DNA of 64,000 bases from an uncultured Acidimicrobiia bacterium (GTDB lineage: Bacteria > Acidobacteriota > Terriglobia > Versatilivoradales > Versatilivoraceae), in assembly GCA_963786955.1 (NCBI GenBank), contig CAWBAT010000008.1, positions 160,001 to 224,000 on the forward strand, given 5' to 3'. The position numbers and the translations under genes were made by a program. Shown here in pieces: positions 51,024 through 62,437 of this stretch. Under the pieces are notes generated by a model. That model did not search any database, had not been told where the DNA came from, and saw nothing but the letters and a program-made list of their open reading frames with translations. How positions within the stretch are numbered: the stretch's first letter is position 1; every line of letters starts with the position of its first letter.

Positions 51024-51968
51024 TTGAAACACGACGACCTGAAGATATTCACGGGAACTGCGCATCGGGACCTGGCTGAGAAGATCTGTGAGTCCCTGAA
51101 CATTCCATTGGGGAAGCTCGGCGGTCACTCGATTCAGTGACGGTGAAGTCTATTTTCAAATTCTTGAAAATGTCCGTGGAGAGGATGTCTTCATCATCCA
51201 ACCGACATGCCGTCCTGTGGATACCACACTTGTCGAATTACTGGTGATGATTGACGCCTTTAAGCGGTCATCAGCCCGGAGAATCACCGCTGTCCTTCCT
51301 TACTACGGCTATGCCCGTCAGGATCGAAAGACAAACCAAGGGTCCCGATTTCTTCAAAGTTGGTTGCAGACTTAATCTCTACGGCTGGAGCCAATCGTGT
51401 TTTGACCATGGATCTCCATGTGCCGCAGATTCAGGGTTTCTTCGATATTCCTGTGGACCATTTGTTTGCTGCCCCGGTGATGGTGGATTATTTTAACAGG
51501 TTGAATTTGTCGGATCTGATTGTGGTTTCCCCCGATGCCGGAGGGACCGAACGTGCCCGAGCCTACGCGAAAAAGTTGAACACGAGTATCGCAATAATTG
51601 ATAAGCGTCGTTTAGAAGCCAATATCGCGGAAATCATGAATATCATCGGTGAAGTAGAGGGCAGGACAGCAATCATCGTGGATGATATTATTGACACGGC
51701 AGGGACGTTGGTGAAATCCGCGGAAGCTCTCCTCCACCAGGGGGCAAAGGCTGTTTACGCCTGTTGTACCCATCCGGTGTTATCCGGTCCGGCGGCTGAA
51801 CGGATCCGGCGGTCGGGAATCACGGAAGTGGTTGTGACGGATACGATCCCGCTTTCTACCAAGGCGTCACACGTGGAAAAGATTCGAGTATTAAGTGTGG
51901 CCGACTTGCTGGGCAAAGCCATCAAATCGATTCATGACGAATCGTCCGTCAGCTCTTTGTTTATTTAG
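51024..51968 (+). CDS. prs: Ribose-phosphate pyrophosphokinase (two apparent frameshifts)
   Basis: KIFTGTAH; RFSDGE; [11 protein letters not shown]; VSPDAGG; [10 protein letters not shown]. Confidence 0.92.
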
Positions 51969-52019
51969 GCGAGTACAAATTAGGAATTTAAAACTTCATG
52001 ATAGGTGCTGCAAGGCTGA

Positions 52020-52159
52020 TAGCTAAGTACTGCTTTTTTTTAATACGGTGACGTTAACGCCAGGTCGGTGACCCGGCCTACAACTTTGTAGGCCGCGTGG
52101 CCCCCGCGGCGCCAATCCTAAGATACGTCACAGTAATTACGAATAGCAGTACTGAGCTA
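52020..52159. mobile_element. Complete nested palindromic MITE/REPIN-like element
   Basis: Outer IR tagctaagtactgct/agcagtactgagcta (14/15); middle IR tacggtgacgt/acgtcacagta (10/11); inner GTAG-REP doublet. Confidence 0.8.
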
Positions 52160-52200
52160 ACCATCAGAGTCTGGTACTGAAAGTAAAGGGGAAAAAGGAA

Positions 52201-52904
52201 ATGGCATTATCGAATGTAACCGCTGAAATACGAACGACACGGGGCAAGAATGCGGCCCGACTGCTGAGGAGAATGGGGCTGGTTCCCGCTGTGCTGTATG
52301 GACAGCAAAAGGCTTCCATCGTCCTCTCGGTCAATCCCAAACAGATCTCTTCGGTTATCCACTCATCCCGAGGATACAACACCATTTTCACCGTCGATAT
52401 TAAAGACGGGGAGTCAGCCAGCGTGATGCTGAAAGACTGGCAGTTCGATCCCGTGAGCGGGAATCTGTTGCACGCCGACATGGTTCGCATTGCGATGGAC
52501 AAACTGCTTCAACTCCGAATTCCCGTAATCGCCACCGGTGAAGCCAAAGGGGTGAAGGTTCAAGGCGGTATCTTTGAGTTTGTGCTTCGCGAAGTCGAAG
52601 TCGAGTGTTTACCGGCAGACATTCCGGAATCCATCACGATTGATATTTCGAATCTCGAACTTGGCGCCAATGTGCGTGTTTCTGATTTGCCAGTGGATCC
52701 CAAATTCAAGATCTTATCGGATCCGGAATTAGTGGTTGCCCATGTGGTCTCGCCGAAGGAAGAGAAAGTTGAGGAAGTAGCAGTCGCTGAACGCCTGCTG
52801 AGCCTGAAGTCATCAAGAAGGGCAAGGTGGCGACTGAGGAGGAAGGCGAAGAGGGAAAGGAAAAGTCGGAGGAAAAAAAGAAGCCGGAGGAGAAGAAGAA
52901 GTAG
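52201..52904 (+). CDS. rplY: 50S ribosomal protein L25/Ctc (indel in the acidic tail)
   Basis: GKNAARLLRR..VPAVLYG; QFDPVSGNLLHAD. Confidence 0.93.
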
Positions 52905-52940
52905 TCGATGAACCCGGCACGAGGATACCGTTTGCCATAG

Positions 52941-53512
52941 ATGAATCGCAAGAAACTCGTCGTCGGGATTGGGGAATCCCGGCCCACGATATGCAAAGAC
53001 GCCGCATAATCTGGGATTCGAAGTGGTGGATTTGCTGGCTGCGGAATTAGGCGCAACACGGAAGTGGCAGGAGGCAGAACGAAGCCGGATTACCTTTTGT
53101 CCTCTCGAGGATTGGGAACTGCTTCTGGCGAAGCCGCAAACCTACATGAATCTGAGCGGTGAAGCCGTCGAGTCATTGTGCCGGGTATTTTCATTTGCGG
53201 TGTCTGACTTGATTGTCGTTTGTGATGATCTGGCATTGCCCGTGGGAAAGACTCCGGATTCGGAGTCAAGGCAGTGCCGGAGGTCATAACGGGTTGAAGT
53301 CAATCATTGAAGTTCTGGCTCGAGACGATTTTGCTCGAGTGCGGCTCGGCATTGCGCCGGATGTTGAAGTTTCCGAGGCCGCGGAGTACGTGTTAACTCC
53401 CATTCCCGATCGTTTCCGAGAAGATATGGATCTGCTCATCGTTCGGGGGAAGGAAGCAGTAAAAGCGATCTGCCTCGAGGGTATGATCGCCGCAATGAAC
53501 CAGTATAATTAA
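52941..53512 (+). CDS. pth: Peptidyl-tRNA hydrolase (frameshifted)
   Basis: GLGNPG..HNLGF; KPQTYMNLSG; GGHNGLKS. Confidence 0.92.
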
Positions 53513-53567
53513 ACCCGCTCGGTGCGCTGCCCCAAACGGCAGATGCAAGAGCTCGATAAGGAAAAGA

Positions 53568-53984
53568 GTGATGAGACATTACGAAATCATGTTTATAGTC
53601 AATCCCGCCTCCACTGATGAGGAAGTCGACAAACTGATCTCCCAAATGGAAGGCGTCGTGACATCTTCTCAAGGGGAGATTGTTGGAGTGGAAAAGATGG
53701 GTAGGCGAAAGTTGGCTTACCGGATAGGCAAATTGGAAGAAGGGAATTATATTCTCTTCAAAATCAATGCCAGTGGCGAGTGTGTCAAAGAGTTTGAACG
53801 CCGTCTTCGTGTGTTCGATTTTGTGATACGCTACATTTCCGTCAGAGTTGACGAGGGGTTGAAACGGATGGAAAAAATCAAGGCTGTCCGTCTCAAGAAG
53901 ATTCGGAAAAAGACTGCAGGGGCGAGCCCTGAAGCCTGTAGCCCCAGCGATCTAAGAGTAAGAGAAACGCGGGTGGTGAAGTAA
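53568..53984 (+). CDS. rpsF: 30S ribosomal protein S6
   Basis: MRHYEIMFI; GRRKLAYRI. Confidence 0.95.
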   Translation: MMRHYEIMFIVNPASTDEEVDKLISQMEGVVTSSQGEIVGVEKMGRRKLAYRIGKLEEGNYILFKINASGECVKEFERRLRVFDFVIRYISVRVDEGLKRMEKIKAVRLKKIRKKTAGASPEACSPSDLRVRETRVVK

Positions 53985-54161
53985 TGTTACACTGTAAGCC
54001 ATCGTCGAGCCTTTTCCCCTTGCCTGTCTGCCGGCTAGCGGCTCCCCCTCTCCCGCGAGAGGGTCTGAGTGGGGAAATTGTCGCAACACTTTTTGCGTCT
54101 CAGTAAAACAGCACACATTGAGTTAAGACACATCCCGTAAAAACATTGAGGAGTCTTTTCT

Positions 54162-54428
54162 ATGGCATTTGTCAGACGGACGACGAGCACGCCAGGCACT
54201 CACCCGAAACGCCAATTTATCAGACGGAAAAAGGTCTGTAAGTTTTGCGTGGAAAAGATTGATTATATTGATTACAAAGACACGAGACTTCTGACTCAAT
54301 TCATCCCGGAGCGTGGGAAAATCTTGCCCCGGAGAATTTCAGGAGTTTGTTCACCTCATCAGCGGAAATTGATGGAAGCACTTAAGCGGGCGAGAAACAT
54401 TGCCTTGATCCCGTTCGTGTCGGAGTGA
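54162..54428 (+). CDS. rpsR: 30S ribosomal protein S18
   Basis: [18 protein letters not shown]. Confidence 0.97.
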   Translation: MAFVRRTTSTPGTHPKRQFIRRKKVCKFCVEKIDYIDYKDTRLLTQFIPERGKILPRRISGVCSPHQRKLMEALKRARNIALIPFVSE

Positions 54429-54486
54429 TGATCTCCCCCGATCCTCTGATTTTGGCCATTTGAATTCACCAGGAGCATATTCAGAA

Positions 54487-54934
54487 ATGGAAATCATTCT
54501 TAGAGAAAAAGTCGAAAAACTCGGAGGTAAAGGCGACATTATCAAGGTGAGCGACGGTTATGCCCGAAACTATCTCCTCCCCAAAAGTTTGGCGGTGGTA
54601 GCAAATCCTGCCAACATCCGCTTAATTGAGCAGGAAAAGGCTATAGCCGTCCGACGGGAAGCCAAAGAAAAGCAGGAAGCTGAGTTGCTCGCTCAACAAC
54701 TGGCTAAGCTTGTCCTCCAGGTGAGCCGCAAAGTCGGCGAGCATGATGTCCTGTATGGTTCGGTGACATCGATGGACATTGCCGAGCTTCTCGTCTGCGA
54801 AAGGTTTTAACATCGATCGAAAGAAAATGGATCTCCATGAACCGCTCAAATCCATTGGCCAATTCGATGTCCCCATCAAACTCCACCGTGAAGTAACAGC
54901 ATTCATTAAAGTGGAGGTTCTTAAAGAAGACTAG
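54487..54934 (+). CDS. rplI: 50S ribosomal protein L9 (frameshift near 54790)
   Basis: GYARNYLLP; LYGSVT. Confidence 0.93.
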
Positions 54935-55047
54935 CCCTTGAGGGCTGTTCTTCGAAGTTTGCAGATGCTTGCAGTGTGGCTCTGCTGAAGTTTAGTTTCA
55001 TTCCGCTAACGATCCCATCAACTGGTCTCTTCACGACAACGAAGCGT

Positions 55048-56397
55048 ATGCCCGCCGACCTCACGTTAGACCGAGGTTTACCACAAAGTATCGAAGCTGA
55101 GCGCAGTATTCTGGGCGCCATGCTTCTTGAGAATTCTCTCTTGAATCAGGCGGTAGAATTACTGAAATCTGACGACTTTTACCTGGCCAACCATCGGTTG
55201 ATTTTCGAACAGATGTTAGGCCTTTCAGAAAAATCCAGAGCCATCGATCTCCTCACTTTAACCGAAGAACTCGAGAATGCCGGGCACTTGGAGACCGTCG
55301 GTGGCCGCTCTTTTGTCTCGTCCTTAATTGATGGGGTACCGAAGCTTTCGAACCTCGAATATTACGCTCGAATTGTCCGTGAAAAAGCTACTCTGCGGCG
55401 ACTGATCAAGCGGGGTCATGAAATTATTAACTCCTGCTACGACCAGCAGGACGATGTCGACCAGATCCTGGATACGGCTGAAAAGGCAATCTTTGATTTA
55501 GCTGAAGAGAAGATTCGTACCGGGTTCCAGCCCATCAGCGAGATTGCCAAACAAGCTCTGCAGAAAATTGAAATTGCCTCAAAACGCAAGTCAATGGTGA
55601 CCGGAGTCCCCACCGGTTATACGAAGTTCGACGAGTTGACTTCGGGTTTGCAGCAGGCGGATCTCGTGATTATTGCGGCCAGACCCTCTATGGGGAAGAC
55701 AGCATTCAGTTTGAATATCGCCACTTATGCCGCAATCGTGGATAAGCTGAAGGTCGGGGTCTTCAGTCTGGAGATGTCCAGTGAGCAATTGCTGCTGCGT
55801 ATCCTCTGTTCAGAAGCCCATATTGATTCCCAAAAACTCAGAACCGGAAAATACCTGAGCAAAGAAGAATGGACTAAGATTACCCGGACCTTGGGAGAAC
55901 TTTCCAAAGCCAAGTTATTTATTGATGATACGGCGGGAATCAGCCTCCTCGAGACGAGGGCCAAAGCGAGACGTTTGAAAGCCGAGCATGGATCTGGATC
56001 TCCTGATTGTGGATTACATGCAGTTGATGTCGGGGGGAAGAGAGCGTTACGAAAACCGGCAGCAAGAAATTTCTACTATTTCCCGGGGGTTGAAGGGTCT
56101 GGCGAAAGAAATGAATATTCCCGTGGTGGCACTCTCCCAACTCAGCCGTGCTCCGGAACAAAGAACCGGAGATCATCGTCCCCAACTCTCTGATTTGCGC
56201 GAATCCGGCTCAATTGAGCAGGACGCCGATGTGGTCCTCTTTATTTTTCGCGAGGAAAAATACAAGCCTACCGAAGAAAATCGGGGAATTGCGGAAATTA
56301 TTATCGGAAACAGCGGAACGGCCCAACCGGCATGATCAAGCTTGCCTTTATAGACAGCTTCACTCGATTTGAAAATCTATACCGCGAAACGGAATAA
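55048..56397 (+). CDS. dnaB: Replicative DNA helicase (frameshifted)
   Basis: AARPSMGKT; VDYMQLM; [14 protein letters not shown]. Confidence 0.95.
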
Positions 56398-57574
56398 ATG
56401 ATTTCCCATGAATCTTTGAGAGGTCTCCGTCCAACCTGGGTTGAAGTCGACTTAAAGATCCTGGAATCGAACTATCGAGTCATTCGCGGTTTCCTGCCTC
56501 GTGAAGTTAGAATCATCGCCGTCATCAAGGCCCACGGATATGGCCATGGTGTGATCCCTGTTGCACAAGTCCTGGAGAAAGCCGGGGTGGATGCTTTTGC
56601 GGTCGCTATTCTGGAGGAAGCACTCGTCCTGAGGAATGTAGGGATTCACTCTCCTATCATTCTCCTGAACGGCTTTTGGGAAGGTCAGGAGGAGGAGATC
56701 ATTCAGCACCAACTCATTCCCACTATCTACAGCCAAGAGATGCTCTTAAGGCTGGAAAGAATCGCTTCTGATCTGGGAAAAATCTGCCCGTTTCACTTGA
56801 AAGTCGATACAGGCATGTCGCGGCTCGGAATCGACAGGGAAGAGGGAGTTCGGTTTCTCGAACAGTGTTCCCAATGTCGTTGGGTTCACTGTGACGGGAT
56901 CTACACGCATTTCAGTTGTGCTGAAGATATCCAGAGCCCCTCAACTCTGAGGCAATTGAGTCACTTCAAGAATCTCTTGGAACAGTTGGGAGAGACGCCA
57001 TGGGTCTTGGTGTCACGCCGCCAACAGCGCTGCCATGATCAATTTCCGCGAGAGCTGGTTCAATGCAGTGCGGCCGGGACTGATTCTTTACGGGATCAAT
57101 CCCATAGGAAGTCAGAATCGTCAAGGCGTTCCGAATTCACGGGAAGAGAGCTGGGAAGGCGTGCTGGCAAGCCTGAGGCCGGTACTGAGCTTTAAAACCC
57201 GCGTAGCGCAACTCAAAACCTTAAGAAAAGGGAAAGCCATTGGTTATGGCGACAGTCATATCGCGCCTAAGGATAGCCTAATTGCCACATTGCCTGTGGG
57301 TTATGCCGACGGATTCATGCGCAGCCTCTCCAACCAAGGCGCGGTATTGGTTCGAGGGCAGCGAGCACCTATCGTCGGCAGGATCAGTATGGATCTTTCG
57401 ACCATCGATGTGACCGACGTGACGGGGGTTGAAATTGGCGATGAAGTCGTTCTGATCGGTCAGCAGTGTGGGGAAGAGATGGGGGTCAGTGAGATGGCGG
57501 CTTTGGCGGGGACAATTCCCTATGAGATCCTTTGCCGAATTGGCGGACGCGTGACACGCGTCTATCGGAGTTAG
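56398..57574 (+). CDS. alr: Alanine racemase (frameshift near 57005)
   Basis: AVIKAHGYGHG; DTGMSRLG; VRPG; GRISMD. Confidence 0.95.
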
Positions 57575-57606
57575 GAATTCCGCACCGCCTGGTTTTGCCA
57601 AATTAG

Positions 57607-57716
57607 CCCGAATTCTGAAGTTGGATTTGCCTTGTCTGGTAGAACGCGCGCGGGGGGGACAGCGGTCCCACGCGCCTGCTCCACCTAGTGATGGTCACGC
57701 AACTTCGGAATTCGGG
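57607..57716. mobile_element. MITE-like unit: 17-bp TIRs enclosing a GGTGG-family palindrome
   Basis: cccgaattctgaagttg / caacttcggaattcggg (16/17) around ggtagaacgcgcgc..gcctgctccacct. Confidence 0.7.
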
Positions 57717-57864
57717 ATTAGTAGAATTGCCCTGAACAAGTGTTCTCCCTTGACAATGGGGGGACTTAGGGGGGCCGTGCCGGATTTGCACCATTATTGA
57801 TTGAGTTTGTGTCATTGCTGGCACCCGGGATCTATCTCGAGTTGGCCAGAACAAATGAAGTCTA

Positions 57865-59232
57865 ATGTCTAAACCAAAATCTTCCTTCGTTTGCCAGAAC
57901 TGCGGATATGTTGTTAGCAAGTGGATGGGTAGGTGTCCGGACTGTGGCGAATGGAATTCGATTATCGAGGATTTCTATTCAGGCTCGGTCAAAAGCGGAC
58001 AGCCCGGTTAGGCCTCTCGGAAATCTCGCGCCCCGTCCGCTTCCTCGAAGTATCTGCCGAGGAGCATCAGCGATTCTCGACCGGGATTCTCGAATTTGAC
58101 CGCGTGCTTGGTGGCGGGGTTGTCCCAGGCTCACTCATTCTCATCGGCGGCGACCCGGGTATTGGCAAATCGACGCTTCTCTTACAGGCTGCGAGTACCA
58201 TGCGAGCTCGGAGGAAAAAGTCTCCTTTACGTATCCGGGGAAGAATCGGAAACCCAAATCAAAATGCGCGGAGAACGGCTGGGGTTGCATCCGGAGCACT
58301 TGTTCCTGATGACGGAGACTTGCCTCGAGCGGATCATGGAGGGTGTAGAGTCCGTTTCTCCCGGTGTGATCATTCTGGATTCCATTCAAACGGCTTATTC
58401 CGAAAAACTAAGTTCTTCTCCCGGGTCAATCAGTCAAGTTCGAGAAGTAGCGACTCAGTTCCTCTTTCTGAGCAAAAAGCGATCGATTCCCACCTTCTTG
58501 ATCGGCCATATCACAAAGGACGGTTCATTGGCTGGCCCGAAGTCGCTTGAACACATTGTTGACACAGTGTTATACTTCGAAGGCGAAAAGTATCATAGCC
58601 ATCGCATCATACGATCCATAAAAAATCGTTTCGGGGCAGCCAACGAATTGGGTGTGTTTGAAATGACGAGCGATGGACTTTTACCCGTCGATAATCCTTC
58701 AAAACATTTCCTTGCCGAGCGTCCACTAGGGGCGTCCGGGTCGGTTGTGATCGGTTGCATCGAAGGGACGAGGCCTATTCTCGTTGAATTACAAGCGCTG
58801 GTGAGTGATACCAGTTATCCGAGCGCACGGCGTATGGCAGCCGGGGTGGACCCCAACCGGATTTCACTCTTATTGGCCATGCTTGAGAAGCGGCTGGGCT
58901 TCCACCTCGCCACAAGCGATGTTTACGTCAATGTTGCTGGCGGATTGAATGTCAACGAACCCGCTGCAGACCTCGGGATTGTGGCAGCTATTGTGTCCAG
59001 TTATCGGAACCTTGTCGTCGATCCGGAAACCGTTATCTTTGGTGAAGTCGGTTTGACTGGGGAAGTGCGGTCAACAGGTCAGGCGAATCTGAGAATTCGA
59101 GAGGCCGCTTCACTGGGATTCAAACGTTGTCTCATCCCTCATAACAGGGCAAGCAAGAGTGAATTTAAGGAAGACGTCGAGCTGGTTCCAGTGCGATCCG
59201 TTCAAGAAGCGCTGGAAGTTCTATTTCGCTGA
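57865..59232 (+). CDS. radA: DNA repair protein RadA/Sms (frameshifted)
   Basis: CQNCG..WMGRCPDCGEWNS; GDPGIGKS; KNRFG. Confidence 0.95.
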
Positions 59233-59242
59233 GGAAGAGTCA

Positions 59243-60375
59243 ATGGCGAAACTAATTAATTTACTGCAGAAATTCCTCGGTCTAATTTTAGGACCCTATT
59301 TATTCAATAATACCTTCATAAGACTCACTTTCAGAAAGGAGGGAATCATCTTGCTGGATATCATTATTGTTCGGACTATTTTTGCAGTGATCATGGTGGT
59401 AACGGCCTATTATTTCCGCCCCTTTGGGTTAGACCCTCTCTTGTCAGCAATTTACGGGAGTTTGGCCGCGCTCGCAGTTATCCTGTTTGAGGCCCGTCTG
59501 CGGAAGGCCTCCCTGAAGCGTTTGATTGGCGCAGCCGTTGGATCCACTCTTGGAATCATGGGAGCTACCATGACTGCTGGAATGCTGGCTAAGACTTCAA
59601 TCGAACCTCATACTCTTTCGTTTCTTGTGATCGGACTTTTTCTATTCATGGGCTATGTGGGATTGGTCTCAGGGGCGAATAAGGGCGATTTGCTCAATCT
59701 CTCGGCTTTAGGGGGATTGTTCGGGGGAGATCGCCCAGGGCAAAAAGGCCAATAAAATTTTAGACACCAGCGTCATCATCGACGGCCGAATTGCCGATGT
59801 TTGCGAAACCGGATTTGTCGATGGCATCTTAATCGTATCCCTCAATTTGTCTTAAGAGAATTACAGCAGGTGGCAGATTCCGCGGACTCCATGAAACGCG
59901 CCCGTGGGACGGCGCGGATTGGACATCCTGCAGCGAATTCAAAAAATGTCCGGGATCAGCGTTCAGATTGTTGAGAGCGGATTTTCCCAATATTCGCGAA
60001 GTGGATCTGAAATTGATCGAACTGGCCAAGCAGATGGATGCCAAGATTATTACGAATGATTTCAATCTCAATAAAGTGGCACAGCTTCAGGGCGTCGAAG
60101 TATTGAATATCAATGAGCTGGCTAATTCGCTGAAGCCGGTCGTGCTGCCGGGCGAAATCATGAAGGTGTTCATTCTCAAGGAGGGGAAAGAATACAATCA
60201 AGGCGTGGCTTATCTGGATGACGGGACGATGGTGGTTGTCGACAACGCTCGGAAAATGATCGGTAAAACGATTGATACCGCTGTGACGAGCGTTCTTCAA
60301 ACTACAGCCGGGAAGATGATCTTCGGTCGCTATGAGGAAAAGCCCCATAATAAAGCGGAAGCCGTAAATCAATGA
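59243..60375 (+). CDS. PIN/TRAM-domain membrane protein (YacL-like), frameshifted
   Basis: Transmembrane N-terminus; [11 protein letters not shown]; [10 protein letters not shown]; [10 protein letters not shown]. Confidence 0.9.
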
Positions 60376-61158
60376 AAGTTGTCGCAATTATTCCCGCCGC
60401 TGGGACCGGCACACGCATGCGGGCTAGCAGCCCCAAGCAGTTCCTCTCTTTGGCGGGCCATCCGATCATCGTTCACACGCTCAAGAAGTTTGCGTCCTGC
60501 AGTTTGATTCAGCAGGTGATTGTTCCGATCCGAAAACCCGATTTACCGCAATTCCAAGAGGTTGTGGAGAAAGGAGGGGTTGTCACGATGGGTGAAGCTT
60601 GTTCCAGGAGGCATTCACCGTCAGGATTCGGTTTACGCAGGGCTTAAGGCAGTCGAAGAGGATACAGACATTGTGGTCGTTCACGATGCCGTCCGTCCCT
60701 TTGTCGAAATTTCGCTCATCGAGGCGGTCATTAAGGAAGCCGAGACCAATGGCAGCGCGATTTTAGCCTTCCCTTGCTCCGATACTGTCAAGCAAATTGA
60801 GAAGAACCTTGTTGAGACGACACTGCCGCGGGATAAAATAGTTCTCGTGCAAACTCCCCAGGCTTTCCGTTACAACATTTTGAAAGAGGGATTTGAAAAG
60901 GCAACAGCAGAAAACTTTTATGCCACAGACGAGTCCTGCCTGATCGAGCGATTGGGATATCCCGTCTCTGTCATTCGTGGCAGTGACATGAATATCAAGA
61001 TTACGAAACCTTCCGACCTGCCCTTGGCTGAACTGTACATCAAGATCCAGGGAACAGCACCAGAACAGCTTGATTCCGATAAGCGGAGTATGGCCATCCA
61101 TCCATGCCTGTTCGTTGTCCGTCAGGTGAAGCGGGCGCTCCGCGCACGCTCGGGATGA
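60372..61158 (+). CDS. ispD: MEP cytidylyltransferase (frameshift near 60570)
   Basis: [13 protein letters not shown]; HDAVRP; QTPQAF; NIKIT. Confidence 0.93.
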
Positions 61159-61380
61159 GGTCCCACAAGTGTTGATGAGTGAACGCGCGACGGAGCGCTC
61201 GTCCCACCCCAGATCGGCTTAAGCCCGCGGGAGTGGGTAAGACTATCGCTGGGAGGGGAGCCTCTTCCCGCTTTCCAGTATGCAGATCCGCCCCTGACTC
61301 CTCCGACGGAGGGGAATAACTTAGTCCTTTCTCGGGAGGGGAAGGAAGGCCACTTTGAAATTCCCCTCACGCAAGGGATA
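61123..61380. repeat. GGTGG doublet and CCCCTCC-family palindromes
   Basis: caggtgaagcgggcgctccgcgcacgctc..gaacgcgcgacggagcgctcgtcccacc; cccctgactcctccgacggagggga. Confidence 0.7.
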
Positions 61381-61528
61381 ATTAAGAAAAATCTCCTTTT
61401 GAAGGAGAGAACCGCAGACTGCGGGGGATGTCCAGGTCGCAGCAATCCAAACTCCAAATACCCATTGAGTTGCCCCTTCCTTTAGGTTTAAATACACCGT
61501 TTGTTTATTCCCATGAGAGGAGAAGGGG

Positions 61529-62400
61529 ATGAGACTTCTTGCATTTGCGGAGAATGGCCGCCGGTCAATTGGCGCGGAACTGGATTCGGAGCGCTTAGTG
61601 GATTTCCATCGGGCTCAGGGTGCCATGCCTACGGGATGCGAGCGTTTCTAGAGCTGGGCGATGAGGGGTTGGAAGAAGCCAGGGCAATCATGAAGGCGCC
61701 ACCTCGAGAAGCGGTGATATTGAAATGCGACATTCGAGTTTTTTCTCCTTTGTGCTCAGCGGAACGCCCGAAGATTTTTTGTATTGGGGTGAATTATGCC
61801 GACCACGCAGCCGAAACAGGGTCCAAGCTTCCTGAAGAACCCATCGTGTTTGCTAAATTTCCAACCAGTCTCATCAGCCCTTTAGACAATATTGTCATTC
61901 CTCCAAATTCGACCATGCTTGACTATGAGGCAGAACTGGTGGTTGTGATCGGCAAGCGTGCCCGGCGTGTTCGGCAAGCGGAGGCTTACGATCATGTTTT
62001 TGGTTATACTTGCGGTAACGACGTCAGTGAGCGCCAGTTTCAGCGGTCCGACCGGCAGTGGCTGAGAGCGAAGTCCAGCGATACATTTGCACCGACAGGT
62101 CCCGTCATCGTGACAAAAGATGAAATACCAGATCCGCACGAATTGACACTGGGGAGTAAGGTCAATGGCGAGGTCCGTCAAAATTCCTCTGCTGGCCTGA
62201 TGATCTTTAAAATTCCCAAGCTAGTGGAATTTATTTCGCACTATCTGACATTGGAACCCGGTGACATGATCTTTACCGGCACGCCTCCCGGAGTGGGATT
62301 AGGATTTAAGCCTCCACGTTTATTGAGTGCCGGTGACCAAGTGGAGATATGGATCGAAAAAATTGGAAGTATTGTTAATACGGTAGTGCCTGTGGACTAA
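61529..62400 (+). CDS. Fumarylacetoacetate hydrolase-family protein (frameshift near 61635)
   Basis: MRLLAF start in another frame; CIGVNYADH; DYEAEL; GNDVSER; TGTPPGVG. Confidence 0.9.
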
Positions 62401-62437
62401 AGAGGGGGGCCCGACGAGCGACCGGGGGCGGACAGAA

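Noticed and set aside
53513-53567. S6:S18 autoregulatory leader
   Set aside because: A hairpin is present, but I cannot confirm the consensus without a covariance model.
53985-54161. Missing ssb between rpsF and rpsR
   Set aside because: No ssb remnant, only palindromes; rpsF-rpsR without ssb is a common arrangement.
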